Of a stretch of 47,159 nt of DNA, positions 39,832 to 45,945 are shown piece after piece. The number at the start of each line of letters is the position of its first letter. Positions within the stretch are counted from its first letter, which is position 1. Both the position numbers and the translations under genes were made by a program. Source of the DNA: a virus (taxonomy: Duplodnaviria; Caudoviricetes); IMG/VR virus record IMGVR_UViG_3300008097_000010, positions 1 to 47,159 of that record; one strand, given 5' to 3'. Under the pieces are notes generated by a model. The model saw only the letters and a program-made list of their open reading frames with translations, did not search any database and was not told where the DNA came from.

Positions 39832-39860
39832 AAAAAAACGCCTACCTTAGAGGTAGACGT
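39832..39860 (-). terminator. Rho-independent terminator, near-duplicate of 39343-39371
   Basis: AAAAAAACGCCTACCT-TAG-AGGTAGACGT on the plus strand. Confidence 0.75.
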
Positions 39861-39920
39861 AATTTTTGTCATGCCTCCAACGTGTAGGTGTTGGAGGTGG
39901 TGTTGTCTCTTTTGGAGTAG

Positions 39921-40073
39921 TCATGCTGGAACATTAGCGAAGAACTTTTGCTGTAATGAGTCGTATGCCTCCTGATCCATGTGGTCAGGGATTCCAACGT
40001 CATCAAAGAAATTAAACATATCTAACAATGCTTGATCCTCATCACAGGTAAAAGAATAGTTGTAACGATCCAT
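39921..40073 (-). CDS. Small acidic hypothetical protein (50 aa)
   Basis: Manual translation MDRYNYSFTCDEDQALLDMFNFFDDVGIPDHMDQEAYDSLQQKFFANVPA. Confidence 0.75.
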   Translation of the reverse strand: MDRYNYSFTCDEDQALLDMFNFFDDVGIPDHMDQEAYDSLQQKFFANVPA

Positions 40074-40074
40074 T

Positions 40075-40200
40075 TTAGCACCTGTTAATCATTTTTTGAG
40101 TTTCAGGGTCTATTTGCTCATAGTAACCCGACTCCATATTGTCGGGTTCTTTGTAGTCTCCTGAGTAGTCAAAATCTGGTGTGTAGTCTTCTGGGTTCAT
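40075..40200 (-). CDS. Small acidic hypothetical protein (41 aa)
   Basis: Manual translation MNPEDYTPDFDYSGDYKEPDNMESGYYEQIDPETQKMINRC; TTCCCCAAAAATG context; its stop abuts the next ATG. Confidence 0.7.
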   Translation of the reverse strand: MNPEDYTPDFDYSGDYKEPDNMESGYYEQIDPETQKMINRC

Positions 40201-40226
40201 TTTGGGGAACTGGTAAAGGTTTATAA

Positions 40227-40348
40227 AAGGGGCAACTCAGTTTGGCAGTCTGAGATTAAATCCTATCGGATCGCCTTGCCCCTTATGTGTTGTTGAGAGG
40301 GTTTACGCTCTGACCATTCAGGCACTCGCCATGTTATCCCTCTCAACA
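40227..40348 (-). ncRNA. Candidate two-domain structured RNA or 5' leader
   Basis: Begins at the predicted TSS of the TATAAT at 40354-40359; two 58-nt domains closed by 11-bp and 9-bp stems. Confidence 0.6.
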
Positions 40349-40353
40349 TTTTT

Positions 40354-40389
40354 ATTATAAAGGATAATAGATCGTTTTCTATTATCCTT
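40354..40389 (-). promoter_or_regulatory. -10 box TATAAT abutting an 11-bp stem-loop
   Basis: AAGGATAATAG-N8-CTATTATCCTT at 40360-40389 immediately upstream of TATAAT. Confidence 0.65.
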
Positions 40390-40398
40390 AACATTCTT

Positions 40399-40809
40399 TT
40401 AATATCCTAAAGCGATGCCAGAATAAAAAGGTATTCTATTCTTTGCATCTTCAGTAAGTTGAACGAACCACTTCCAATTATGTTGGTAAACTTTTTGTCC
40501 TGAGTTACCAAAGCAGTCAAGTAATGCGTTCAACTTCCTTTTTGTTGTGGTAGTATAGAAACCGTCAAAATTATCTAATTCTACTCCTCTTGTATTAATG
40601 CCTTTGGTGTTGTAGTCTCCGCTAATCGTTTGCCTACCGTCAAAGAGTGTTATATGAGTAGGAAACTTTACCGCAATTAAGTTATTATGATAATAAACTT
40701 TTGCGTTCTGACCTTCCATAACAACTGATGTTGTACCCTCTGACCAATCATAACCGCCAAAAACAGCGTCAATCATGTTCTGGTCAATTTGTCTATGTTG
40801 TGAATACAT
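40399..40809 (-). CDS. Conserved phage early hypothetical protein (136 aa)
   Basis: Likely start MYSQHRQID at 40809 (TTCCCCATG); VYYHNNLIA, T.TTKRKLNALL, VYQHNWKWFV. Confidence 0.85.
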   Translation of the reverse strand: MYSQHRQIDQNMIDAVFGGYDWSEGTTSVVMEGQNAKVYYHNNLIAVKFPTHITLFDGRQTISGDYNTKGINTRGVELDNFDGFYTTTTKRKLNALLDCFGNSGQKVYQHNWKWFVQLTEDAKNRIPFYSGIALGY

Positions 40810-40830
40810 GGGGAAAATTGCTGATGTCCC

Positions 40831-40925
40831 ATTATTGCCTATTTTTCCAGACATGACCATAAGCAATGTGACAGTTAAAAAAGTGGCACAAGGAGCGTTG
40901 TTTTAGGTTTCAAATGGTTTATAAT
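40831..40925. promoter_or_regulatory. Bidirectional palindrome-linked promoter (copy D)
   Basis: Palindrome at 40867-40890; minus AATAAT at 40831-40836 (30 nt) and plus TATAAT at 40920-40925 (29 nt). Confidence 0.78.
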
Positions 40926-40931
40926 ATGTGT

Positions 40932-40995
40932 AACAAGCAAAGACGGGAGCAGGGTCGCTCTACTGAACAAATCTTCGCCACCGCCCCTGCCATAA
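40932..40995 (+). ncRNA. Candidate small structured RNA, copy 2
   Basis: Shares AACAA.CAAAGA, an AGGG loop and AAATCTTCG.CAC..CCCCTGCC with copy 1; the first stem is GAGC/GCTC instead of GGTGA/TCACC. Confidence 0.55.
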
Positions 40996-41026
40996 AATAA
41001 TATTAGTAATATTCTGTAACAATTAT

Positions 41027-41122
41027 ATTATACCACAAAAATCTCATTTGTCAAGTCGCCTTGTGCCAGTTCATAAAGTGTCACAAGGTCTATTGACTTT
41101 AAGCATAAGGGTGTGCTATAAT
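41027..41122. promoter_or_regulatory. Bidirectional palindrome-linked promoter (copy E)
   Basis: Palindrome at 41062-41085; minus TTGACA-N16-TATAAT (41054-41027) and plus TTGACT-N18-TATAAT (41093-41122), both with an extended TG. Confidence 0.8.
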
Positions 41123-41140
41123 ATAAAAAAGAGCGACATG

Positions 41141-41223
41141 GTGGACAGTTTGTCAACTGTCACTATGCCACTTTATATACTGGCACACATGTGCTTGCAT
41201 TATACATGCGTGTGTGTTATAAT
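41141..41223 (+). promoter_or_regulatory. Tandem palindromes (copies F and G) with a plus-strand promoter
   Basis: 41141-41164 and 41164-41187, then TTGCAT-N17-TATAAT at 41195-41223 (-10 is 30 nt from copy G). Confidence 0.75.
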
Positions 41224-41224
41224 A

Positions 41225-41365
41225 TTATGCGTAATGCTTATATGCGAGTGATTCGTATGTAACATCATTGCGTCCATACTCGTCTTCATCATATAATGAA
41301 TCTCGATATGATGATGAATGATTCTCGATTAAATCTCGATCAAAATATGTGTCTTCATGTTCCAT
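41225..41365 (-). CDS. Small acidic Tyr-rich peptide (46 aa)
   Basis: Manual translation MEHEDTYFDRDLIENHSSSYRDSLYDEDEYGRNDVTYESLAYKHYA; two consensus promoters upstream; CCAATG context. Confidence 0.7.
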   Translation of the reverse strand: MEHEDTYFDRDLIENHSSSYRDSLYDEDEYGRNDVTYESLAYKHYA

Positions 41366-41398
41366 TGGATCTCGAACAGATTTGCTGATGTTATAATG

Positions 41399-41427
41399 AT
41401 TATAGCAGATCTCGAACAGTTTGTCAA
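41399..41427 (-). promoter_or_regulatory. Perfect sigma70 consensus promoter
   Basis: TTGACA-AACTGTTCGAGATCTGC-TATAAT (17-nt spacer, extended TG). Confidence 0.9.
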
Positions 41428-41473
41428 CACGAAGATCTCGAAGAGATTAGTACGAACGAACTATCATATTTAT

Positions 41474-41502
41474 ATTATAGCAGATCTCGAAGAGATTGTC
41501 AA
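41474..41502 (-). promoter_or_regulatory. Perfect sigma70 consensus promoter (tandem copy)
   Basis: TTGACA-ATCTCTTCGAGATCTGC-TATAAT. Confidence 0.9.
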
Positions 41503-41568
41503 CCCATAAAACACGAAGATCTCGAAGAGATTTTATGTCTGGGTTTCACGAAAAAATCGCCCCGTGGG

Positions 41569-41597
41569 TTGACAGATCGCTCGCTCCATGCTACGCT
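41569..41597 (+). promoter_or_regulatory. Plus-strand sigma70-type promoter
   Basis: TTGACA-N17-TACGCT with an extended TG; no clear gene downstream. Confidence 0.6.
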
Positions 41598-41803
41598 CGC
41601 TAAACTTGCATAAGATCTCACCATTTATCAACCTTTTATGAGTCTTTCCACCCCATTATGTCTACTATTAATAGACGTATTTGCCCCTTCAAGATACACA
41701 GAGATACTCAAGGATACTATCCTTATACAAAACAGTTTTATATTTATAAAGGTATTTAAAACCTTTTTTTAATTAAATAGTGTATCAATTAATACAGAAT
41801 ACA

Positions 41804-42226
41804 CTAAGACCAAGGTAATTTGTCTCCCATCCTAATAACCTTTGTATCACTCACATTATACTCACTCTTATCAGGTGCTAAACTATCCTCAAGTCTACTA
41901 ACTTCCGTACTTCCCAACCCTGCTTTTACCCATCCTATCACAGTATTTTCAGTCAAATCAGCATACGCAATTTCAGGTGTTGTAATAGCAAACTTTATAA
42001 CATTTGTATATGCTTTACTATTCTTAATATGTGTATAGGTAGTCGTACCAATACCAGCAACAGGTGTCATAGAACTATTGCCTACTCCTATCTTACTTGC
42101 ATCAAAATATTGCCCCTCAACTTCTTCTGTTTCGTTTACCCTTACAAGATATTTGACTTCATCAACAAATCCATTTGCTGTAAGAACTCCCAAATTTTGT
42201 ACTGACCAACTTGTACTAATCGTCAT
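41804..42226 (-). CDS. Small tail/fibre-associated-type protein (140 aa)
   Basis: W.VQNL N-terminus, YADLTENTVIGWVKAGLG..EV..LE, C-terminal LPW; contains GIGTT. Confidence 0.8.
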   Translation of the reverse strand: MTISTSWSVQNLGVLTANGFVDEVKYLVRVNETEEVEGQYFDASKIGVGNSSMTPVAGIGTTTYTHIKNSKAYTNVIKFAITTPEIAYADLTENTVIGWVKAGLGSTEVSRLEDSLAPDKSEYNVSDTKVIRMGDKLPWS

Positions 42227-42350
42227 TACTTCCTCAACATCCTTGATTACTATTATTTACTCATAGTATGTCTCTACACACTATATTACCCATCACAATA
42301 TTTTGTATATCAATAAGATTAATGCTATGATATACAGAGTTACTCTCAGT

Positions 42351-42737
42351 TTATTGAACATCAAGATACCGATTACTCTGAGACTTATACATTTTTACGC
42401 CTACATTATCGTTGTTATAATCGGGCGTTGCCTCGCTCGTACCCTCGATAATGTCTCTCCTATTCTTGACGTATTCAAGTTCTCCCCAGTTCTCTCTATT
42501 ACACAATAATAATATATGAATATTCTTGTGCCTCATTGGTTTTCCAGAGGTGTAAACACAACTACTTTTGGGTCTTACTCCTGTCTCTATAGTAATATAC
42601 TGACTAAGAGGATTCCACCCATCTTTAACACGTTTTTCATTGTCTACTGGGTCACCTTTAAAATATACCCACCCTTCATGGACTTGTCCCAATTTATTAG
42701 TCCATCTAACATAATCATCTACTTGTGGTTCATACAT
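42351..42737 (-). CDS. Conserved cyanophage hypothetical protein (128 aa)
   Basis: YEPQVDDYVRW...EGWVYFK...YITIETGVRPK; start overlaps the upstream ORF. Confidence 0.85.
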   Translation of the reverse strand: MYEPQVDDYVRWTNKLGQVHEGWVYFKGDPVDNEKRVKDGWNPLSQYITIETGVRPKSSCVYTSGKPMRHKNIHILLLCNRENWGELEYVKNRRDIIEGTSEATPDYNNDNVGVKMYKSQSNRYLDVQ

Positions 42738-42900
42738 TTCTATCTGGGATTGCTCTTAGATCGTTAGGGTTTACACCATCACTAATTACATTTTCCAGTA
42801 CAATTTTTGCTTGATCTTTTGTTAGTTTGACTGCCTTTTCATCAACCAAATCCCATCCTGTAGTTCCTAATTGTTCTACTCTGTAAAGTTTTTCTGACAT
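42730..42900 (-). CDS. Small hypothetical protein (56 aa)
   Basis: Manual translation MSEKLYRVEQLGTTGWDLVDEKAVKLTKDQAKIVLENVISDGVNPNDLRAIPDRNV; fills the gap in the operon. Confidence 0.8.
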   Translation of the reverse strand: MSEKLYRVEQLGTTGWDLVDEKAVKLTKDQAKIVLENVISDGVNPNDLRAIPDRNV

Positions 42901-42908
42901 AATCTTAA

Positions 42909-43139
42909 TTAAGTTGTAAATGCGTCTATAATAGCAGATTCATAATCATCCGCTAATGGTAATTTTTGTGCCTTAACCACATTGGGCATTATGTTATTCA
43001 CATAGGTTTGGTCAAATCCATCTTCAGCAGAACATAAATCAAATGCCTCAGTATCATCTTTAGCAATTAATGTAACTACACCCCCATATTCTGATTGAGG
43101 AAATGGAACCCAATAATCAATGATGTAAATATACTTCAT
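42909..43139 (-). CDS. Hypothetical protein (76 aa)
   Basis: YIIDYWVPFPQSEYGG; operon packing. Confidence 0.85.
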   Translation of the reverse strand: MKYIYIIDYWVPFPQSEYGGVVTLIAKDDTEAFDLCSAEDGFDQTYVNNIMPNVVKAQKLPLADDYESAIIDAFTT

Positions 43140-43143
43140 TTAT

Positions 43144-43341
43144 CTATGTTGGTTTCTTTCTTGTCATTCTACCATCTTTTCTATCAAATTGCAACTTATC
43201 TAACTGCCTATCAAGTATCATATTAATATCTCTCAAGGATGCCGTAATCAATGCACCATCAGCATTATCTTTTAACAAATCGTCTACATGAGATAGATGT
43301 TCTTGTGCAAACATCAACTTAGTTTGTTCATTCATTCTCAT
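43144..43341 (-). CDS. Hypothetical protein (65 aa)
   Basis: ATGA overlap with the upstream ORF. Confidence 0.75.
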   Translation of the reverse strand: MRMNEQTKLMFAQEHLSHVDDLLKDNADGALITASLRDINMILDRQLDKLQFDRKDGRMTRKKPT

Positions 43342-43523
43342 ACTAAAAATTCACTCAAATAATAATCATAATTGACATTCATTTCTTTTGCCCTACGCTT
43401 ATAATATGTCTCATTACATTTTCGGGTTGTTTCCCTACGCATATAAGCAAGTTCTTCTACTGACGCATGATCCATAAAGGATTTAAACGTCTTAATAAAT
43501 TCTTCTATCTCAGCATCACTCAT
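43338..43523 (-). CDS. Hypothetical protein (61 aa)
   Basis: ATGA overlaps; C-terminal V.YDYYLSEF. Confidence 0.8.
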   Translation of the reverse strand: MSDAEIEEFIKTFKSFMDHASVEELAYMRRETTRKCNETYYKRRAKEMNVNYDYYLSEFLV

Positions 43524-43765
43524 GCCGTTAATCCTAAACTACTACCATCAGCAAAACATTCTTCAGCAGTTAAATCAGGATTAAACCTTTTCATTGATCT
43601 AAGTGCTTCAACTGTTAATGTTTCTGCTCTTATAGCAGCATCGTGGTCATTTACATGAAAAAACTCATCTTCCATTATTTCATCTAAATGATCTTGCAAC
43701 AAATTAAATACTAAATTATACTCAGGTTCAGTAAACGTGACTGATTTTAATACAGAATCGGACAT
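43520..43765 (-). CDS. Hypothetical acidic protein (81 aa)
   Basis: First gene after the promoter at 43792-43820; FTEPEY motif. Confidence 0.8.
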   Translation of the reverse strand: MSDSVLKSVTFTEPEYNLVFNLLQDHLDEIMEDEFFHVNDHDAAIRAETLTVEALRSMKRFNPDLTAEECFADGSSLGLTA

Positions 43766-43791
43766 TGGACTTGAAGGTGGTGGTAATACTA

Positions 43792-43820
43792 ATTATAACA
43801 CTTTTATACAAATGTTTCAA
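43792..43820 (-). promoter_or_regulatory. Sigma70-type promoter
   Basis: TTGAAA-N17-TATAAT with an extended TG. Confidence 0.8.
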
Positions 43821-43830
43821 CCCCTTAACA

Positions 43831-44046
43831 TTACTGCATTAATTTACCTATACCTATTACAATTAAAAATGATAACATAACAACAACATCCCATCCTTTT
43901 GTTCTTATGAAATATGGAATACTTAAAAAGTTACTAACCAAATACATTGCAGCACCCACAGTTGTAGATACATGTAATACAATGAAATAGGATATAACAA
44001 TCAATACTGATCCGATTACCCTACTTAATGAATCAAGTTTAATCAT
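43831..44046 (-). CDS. Small membrane protein (71 aa, about 3 TM segments)
   Basis: Three hydrophobic stretches. Confidence 0.8.
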   Translation of the reverse strand: MIKLDSLSRVIGSVLIVISYFIVLHVSTTVGAAMYLVSNFLSIPYFIRTKGWDVVVMLSFLIVIGIGKLMQ

Positions 44047-44666
44047 TAACCAATATACTTCTTAGTTAACTCTTCAGTTAACCAATACTTTTCGTAATCA
44101 CTATTCTCTTCCAAATATAAGTGACCTCCCATCCAATCTGCTTTTGATAAACATTCTTTTCTACTATCTGCATCTAATAAGTTATATTTTGCATACTTAG
44201 TATATGGTGCTTTAGAAGAATATGATAATGATTTGTAAACATCTCCAGTTTTAATATCAACAAAGCAGTTCACATCCGCTAACCTATATTCATTCTCACC
44301 TCTACAATATGATGAACCTTTTTTATATTCAGTTATCCTGAAATACTTTCTACCTTTAGTAACAACAAACTTAGTATGAGGTTCCCATGTACCATTCTCT
44401 ATCTCATCTAAGTGCTTCTTTGCACCTATACCAAATGATCTTTCCGCACCAAAGGTTGATAAATTTTTATTATAATGTTTTATATTATATTCTTTATGAT
44501 CTTCCTCTAATCTATCTGCTAATTGATTAACATAACCTTCAAGTTTTGTTGTTTGAATAACTCTCACTTGGCGGTTGATTTCCCATAGTTTTAAGTCGTA
44601 AATACCATCCTTTAATGATAAATCACCTGTAATTTGAGTTTTTGTACCTTCATTTAATGTAATCAT
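44046..44666 (-). CDS. Conserved phage early hypothetical protein (206 aa)
   Basis: KGRKYFRI...FVDIKTGDVYKS...KYNLLD...ADWMGGHLY. Confidence 0.85.
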   Translation of the reverse strand: MITLNEGTKTQITGDLSLKDGIYDLKLWEINRQVRVIQTTKLEGYVNQLADRLEEDHKEYNIKHYNKNLSTFGAERSFGIGAKKHLDEIENGTWEPHTKFVVTKGRKYFRITEYKKGSSYCRGENEYRLADVNCFVDIKTGDVYKSLSYSSKAPYTKYAKYNLLDADSRKECLSKADWMGGHLYLEENSDYEKYWLTEELTKKYIG

Positions 44667-44668
44667 AA

Positions 44669-44860
44669 TTAATCGTGGAAATTGGGAATAAAGGTTTCAA
44701 GCACTTCATAATGAGCATCAACCGCACCTTCAAGTTCTTCAAAAATGCGTTCAATTTCATCAGTAGTGCCTTGTCTATGTGCTACTACCTGAAGGTGATG
44801 TAGTATTGTGCTAATTTCACCTTCAGTTAATGCACAGATTAGTTTAGTTTCATTGTCCAT
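44669..44860 (-). CDS. Hypothetical protein (63 aa)
   Basis: Operon packing; LTEGE motif. Confidence 0.8.
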   Translation of the reverse strand: MDNETKLICALTEGEISTILHHLQVVAHRQGTTDEIERIFEELEGAVDAHYEVLETFIPNFHD

Positions 44861-44862
44861 TT

Positions 44863-45117
44863 TTACATGTAAGAAGTAAGTGGATGTAAAGTGTTAGTGG
44901 TATAATTAATATCCTTTATTAACCACCCCATTGTATCAGATATTTTTTTAGTTAAATGCTCACCATCAATAGCATACCATAAACCAATAGCATCCTGAGT
45001 AAGATCTTCTCTCTCACCTTTAGAGATATGTTCTTCATCAAAATCAAAGTCAATGTAAGTAACCAAATACATTGTCTCTTTAATTGCTTTTGAATACTTT
45101 AGTGAAGGGTTGGACAT
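44863..45117 (-). CDS. Hypothetical protein (84 aa)
   Basis: Likely start MSNPSLKY at 45117 (TTCCCAATG), downstream of a promoter; GLWYA......ISDTMGWLIK. Confidence 0.8.
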   Translation of the reverse strand: MSNPSLKYSKAIKETMYLVTYIDFDFDEEHISKGEREDLTQDAIGLWYAIDGEHLTKKISDTMGWLIKDINYTTNTLHPLTSYM

Positions 45118-45142
45118 TGGGAACCTTTTGGGTGATGTACCT

Positions 45143-45201
45143 ATTATAATGGAAGTAAGGGGTGTTGCCACCCCCTATGTGCCAGTTTATCAACTGTTTG
45201 T
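45143..45201 (-). promoter_or_regulatory. Palindrome-linked promoter (copy H) with an internal stem-loop
   Basis: Degenerate palindrome at 45178-45201, GGGGTG/CACCCC hairpin, TATAAT at 45143-45148 (29 nt). Confidence 0.78.
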
Positions 45202-45438
45202 TTTGGCATAAGAGATTGAAGGGAACATTTCAAACATAATGTCTCTTACTCTCTCACGATCTAAACTGTCACCATAACCCCAAGTCAATACAGTTGGATA
45301 CTTTTCTATCTGTTTCCAGTATTCGTGAATTGCATCCTTGATTTTAGTCTTAGTGCATCCATATACAGGATAGATACCATCTACTACGTTGTAGAATGAA
45401 TAAACATAATCAATAAACTCTTGAAGTGAACTGCACAT
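45190..45438 (-). CDS. Hypothetical protein (82 aa)
   Basis: FIDYVYSFY...GIYP...WGYGDSLDRERVRDIM; has its own promoter. Confidence 0.85.
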   Translation of the reverse strand: MCSSLQEFIDYVYSFYNVVDGIYPVYGCTKTKIKDAIHEYWKQIEKYPTVLTWGYGDSLDRERVRDIMFEMFPSISYAKTNS

Positions 45439-45465
45439 TGGGGAAACTCCGTTGGTGATGTACCT

Positions 45466-45524
45466 ATTATAATGGTCAAAGGGACTGATAACAGTCCCAA
45501 TGTGCCAGTTTAATAAGTGGCATA
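45466..45524 (-). promoter_or_regulatory. Palindrome-linked promoter (copy I) with an internal stem-loop
   Basis: Palindrome at 45501-45524, GGGACTG/CAGTCCC hairpin at 45481-45498, TATAAT at 45466-45471 (29 nt). Confidence 0.82.
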
Positions 45525-45689
45525 CAGTAAACTCATTAACTCAAGATTTTCTGCTTCACTATATGCTCTATCATAAGGTATAAAGTCCTGAAAGTCTTCA
45601 GTTCCTTCAGTCCTGTATGATAGTTGACCATCTTCAACATAGTAATCAATTACTAATTGGTCAATGGATGATACAAATTGTTTAATCAT
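45510..45689 (-). CDS. Small acidic hypothetical protein (59 aa)
   Basis: Manual translation MIKQFVSSIDQLVIDYYVEDGQLSYRTEGTEDFQDFIPYDRAYSEAENLELMSLLYATY; TAATG overlap. Confidence 0.8.
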   Translation of the reverse strand: MIKQFVSSIDQLVIDYYVEDGQLSYRTEGTEDFQDFIPYDRAYSEAENLELMSLLYATY

Positions 45690-45916
45690 TAGACTACATC
45701 CAAATTTAGTGAATTGTTGTGCATGTTCTTATTAATTACACATGCTTGATGAATGTTAAAGAGTTTTTCATAATTAACTCCCTCCCAATCTGACCACTCA
45801 GAAACATAATCCCAATGCTCAAGATCGGCAGTTCCATCTATATTTGTGGGGCATGATTTGAAATCATCTTCATCATCAACCCAAAAGTGCCGTCCAAAGT
45901 GAAGTGACATTAGCAT
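45689..45916 (-). CDS. Hypothetical protein (75 aa)
   Basis: FGRHFWVD...SCPTNIDGTAD...DYV; has its own promoter. Confidence 0.82.
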   Translation of the reverse strand: MLMSLHFGRHFWVDDEDDFKSCPTNIDGTADLEHWDYVSEWSDWEGVNYEKLFNIHQACVINKNMHNNSLNLDVV

Positions 45917-45945
45917 TTGAGTTACCCCCAGTTGTTGATGTACTC

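Larger units (their letters stand above)
41368..41531. repeat. Five direct GATCTCGAA repeats within a ~75-bp tandem duplication
   Basis: Copies start at 41368, 41408, 41434, 41483 and 41518; three extend to ATCTC-GAA-GAGAT inverted repeats. Confidence 0.9.

Noticed and set aside
39847-39924. 25-aa Pro/Thr-rich ORF (MTTPKETTPPPTPTRWRHDKNYVYL) coupled by ATGA
   Set aside because: It is very short and overlaps a hairpin and a terminator, so it cannot be supported.
40227-40284. tRNA or hammerhead ribozyme reading of the junction elements
   Set aside because: There is no TTC T-loop, anticodon arm or CCA end, and no CTGANGA/GAAA core.
41048-41251. 67-aa plus-strand ORF
   Set aside because: It has a TTG start and consists entirely of palindromes and promoter boxes.
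41638-41775. Short plus-strand ORFs (33 and 45 aa) downstream of the 41569 promoter
   Set aside because: Two competing frames in AT-rich sequence with no motifs; the evidence is insufficient.
39668-45171. Long N-terminal starts in the ORF track (39733, 40866, 45171)
   Set aside because: The extensions run through the genes' own predicted promoters; downstream ATGs with the shared TTCCC context are preferred.
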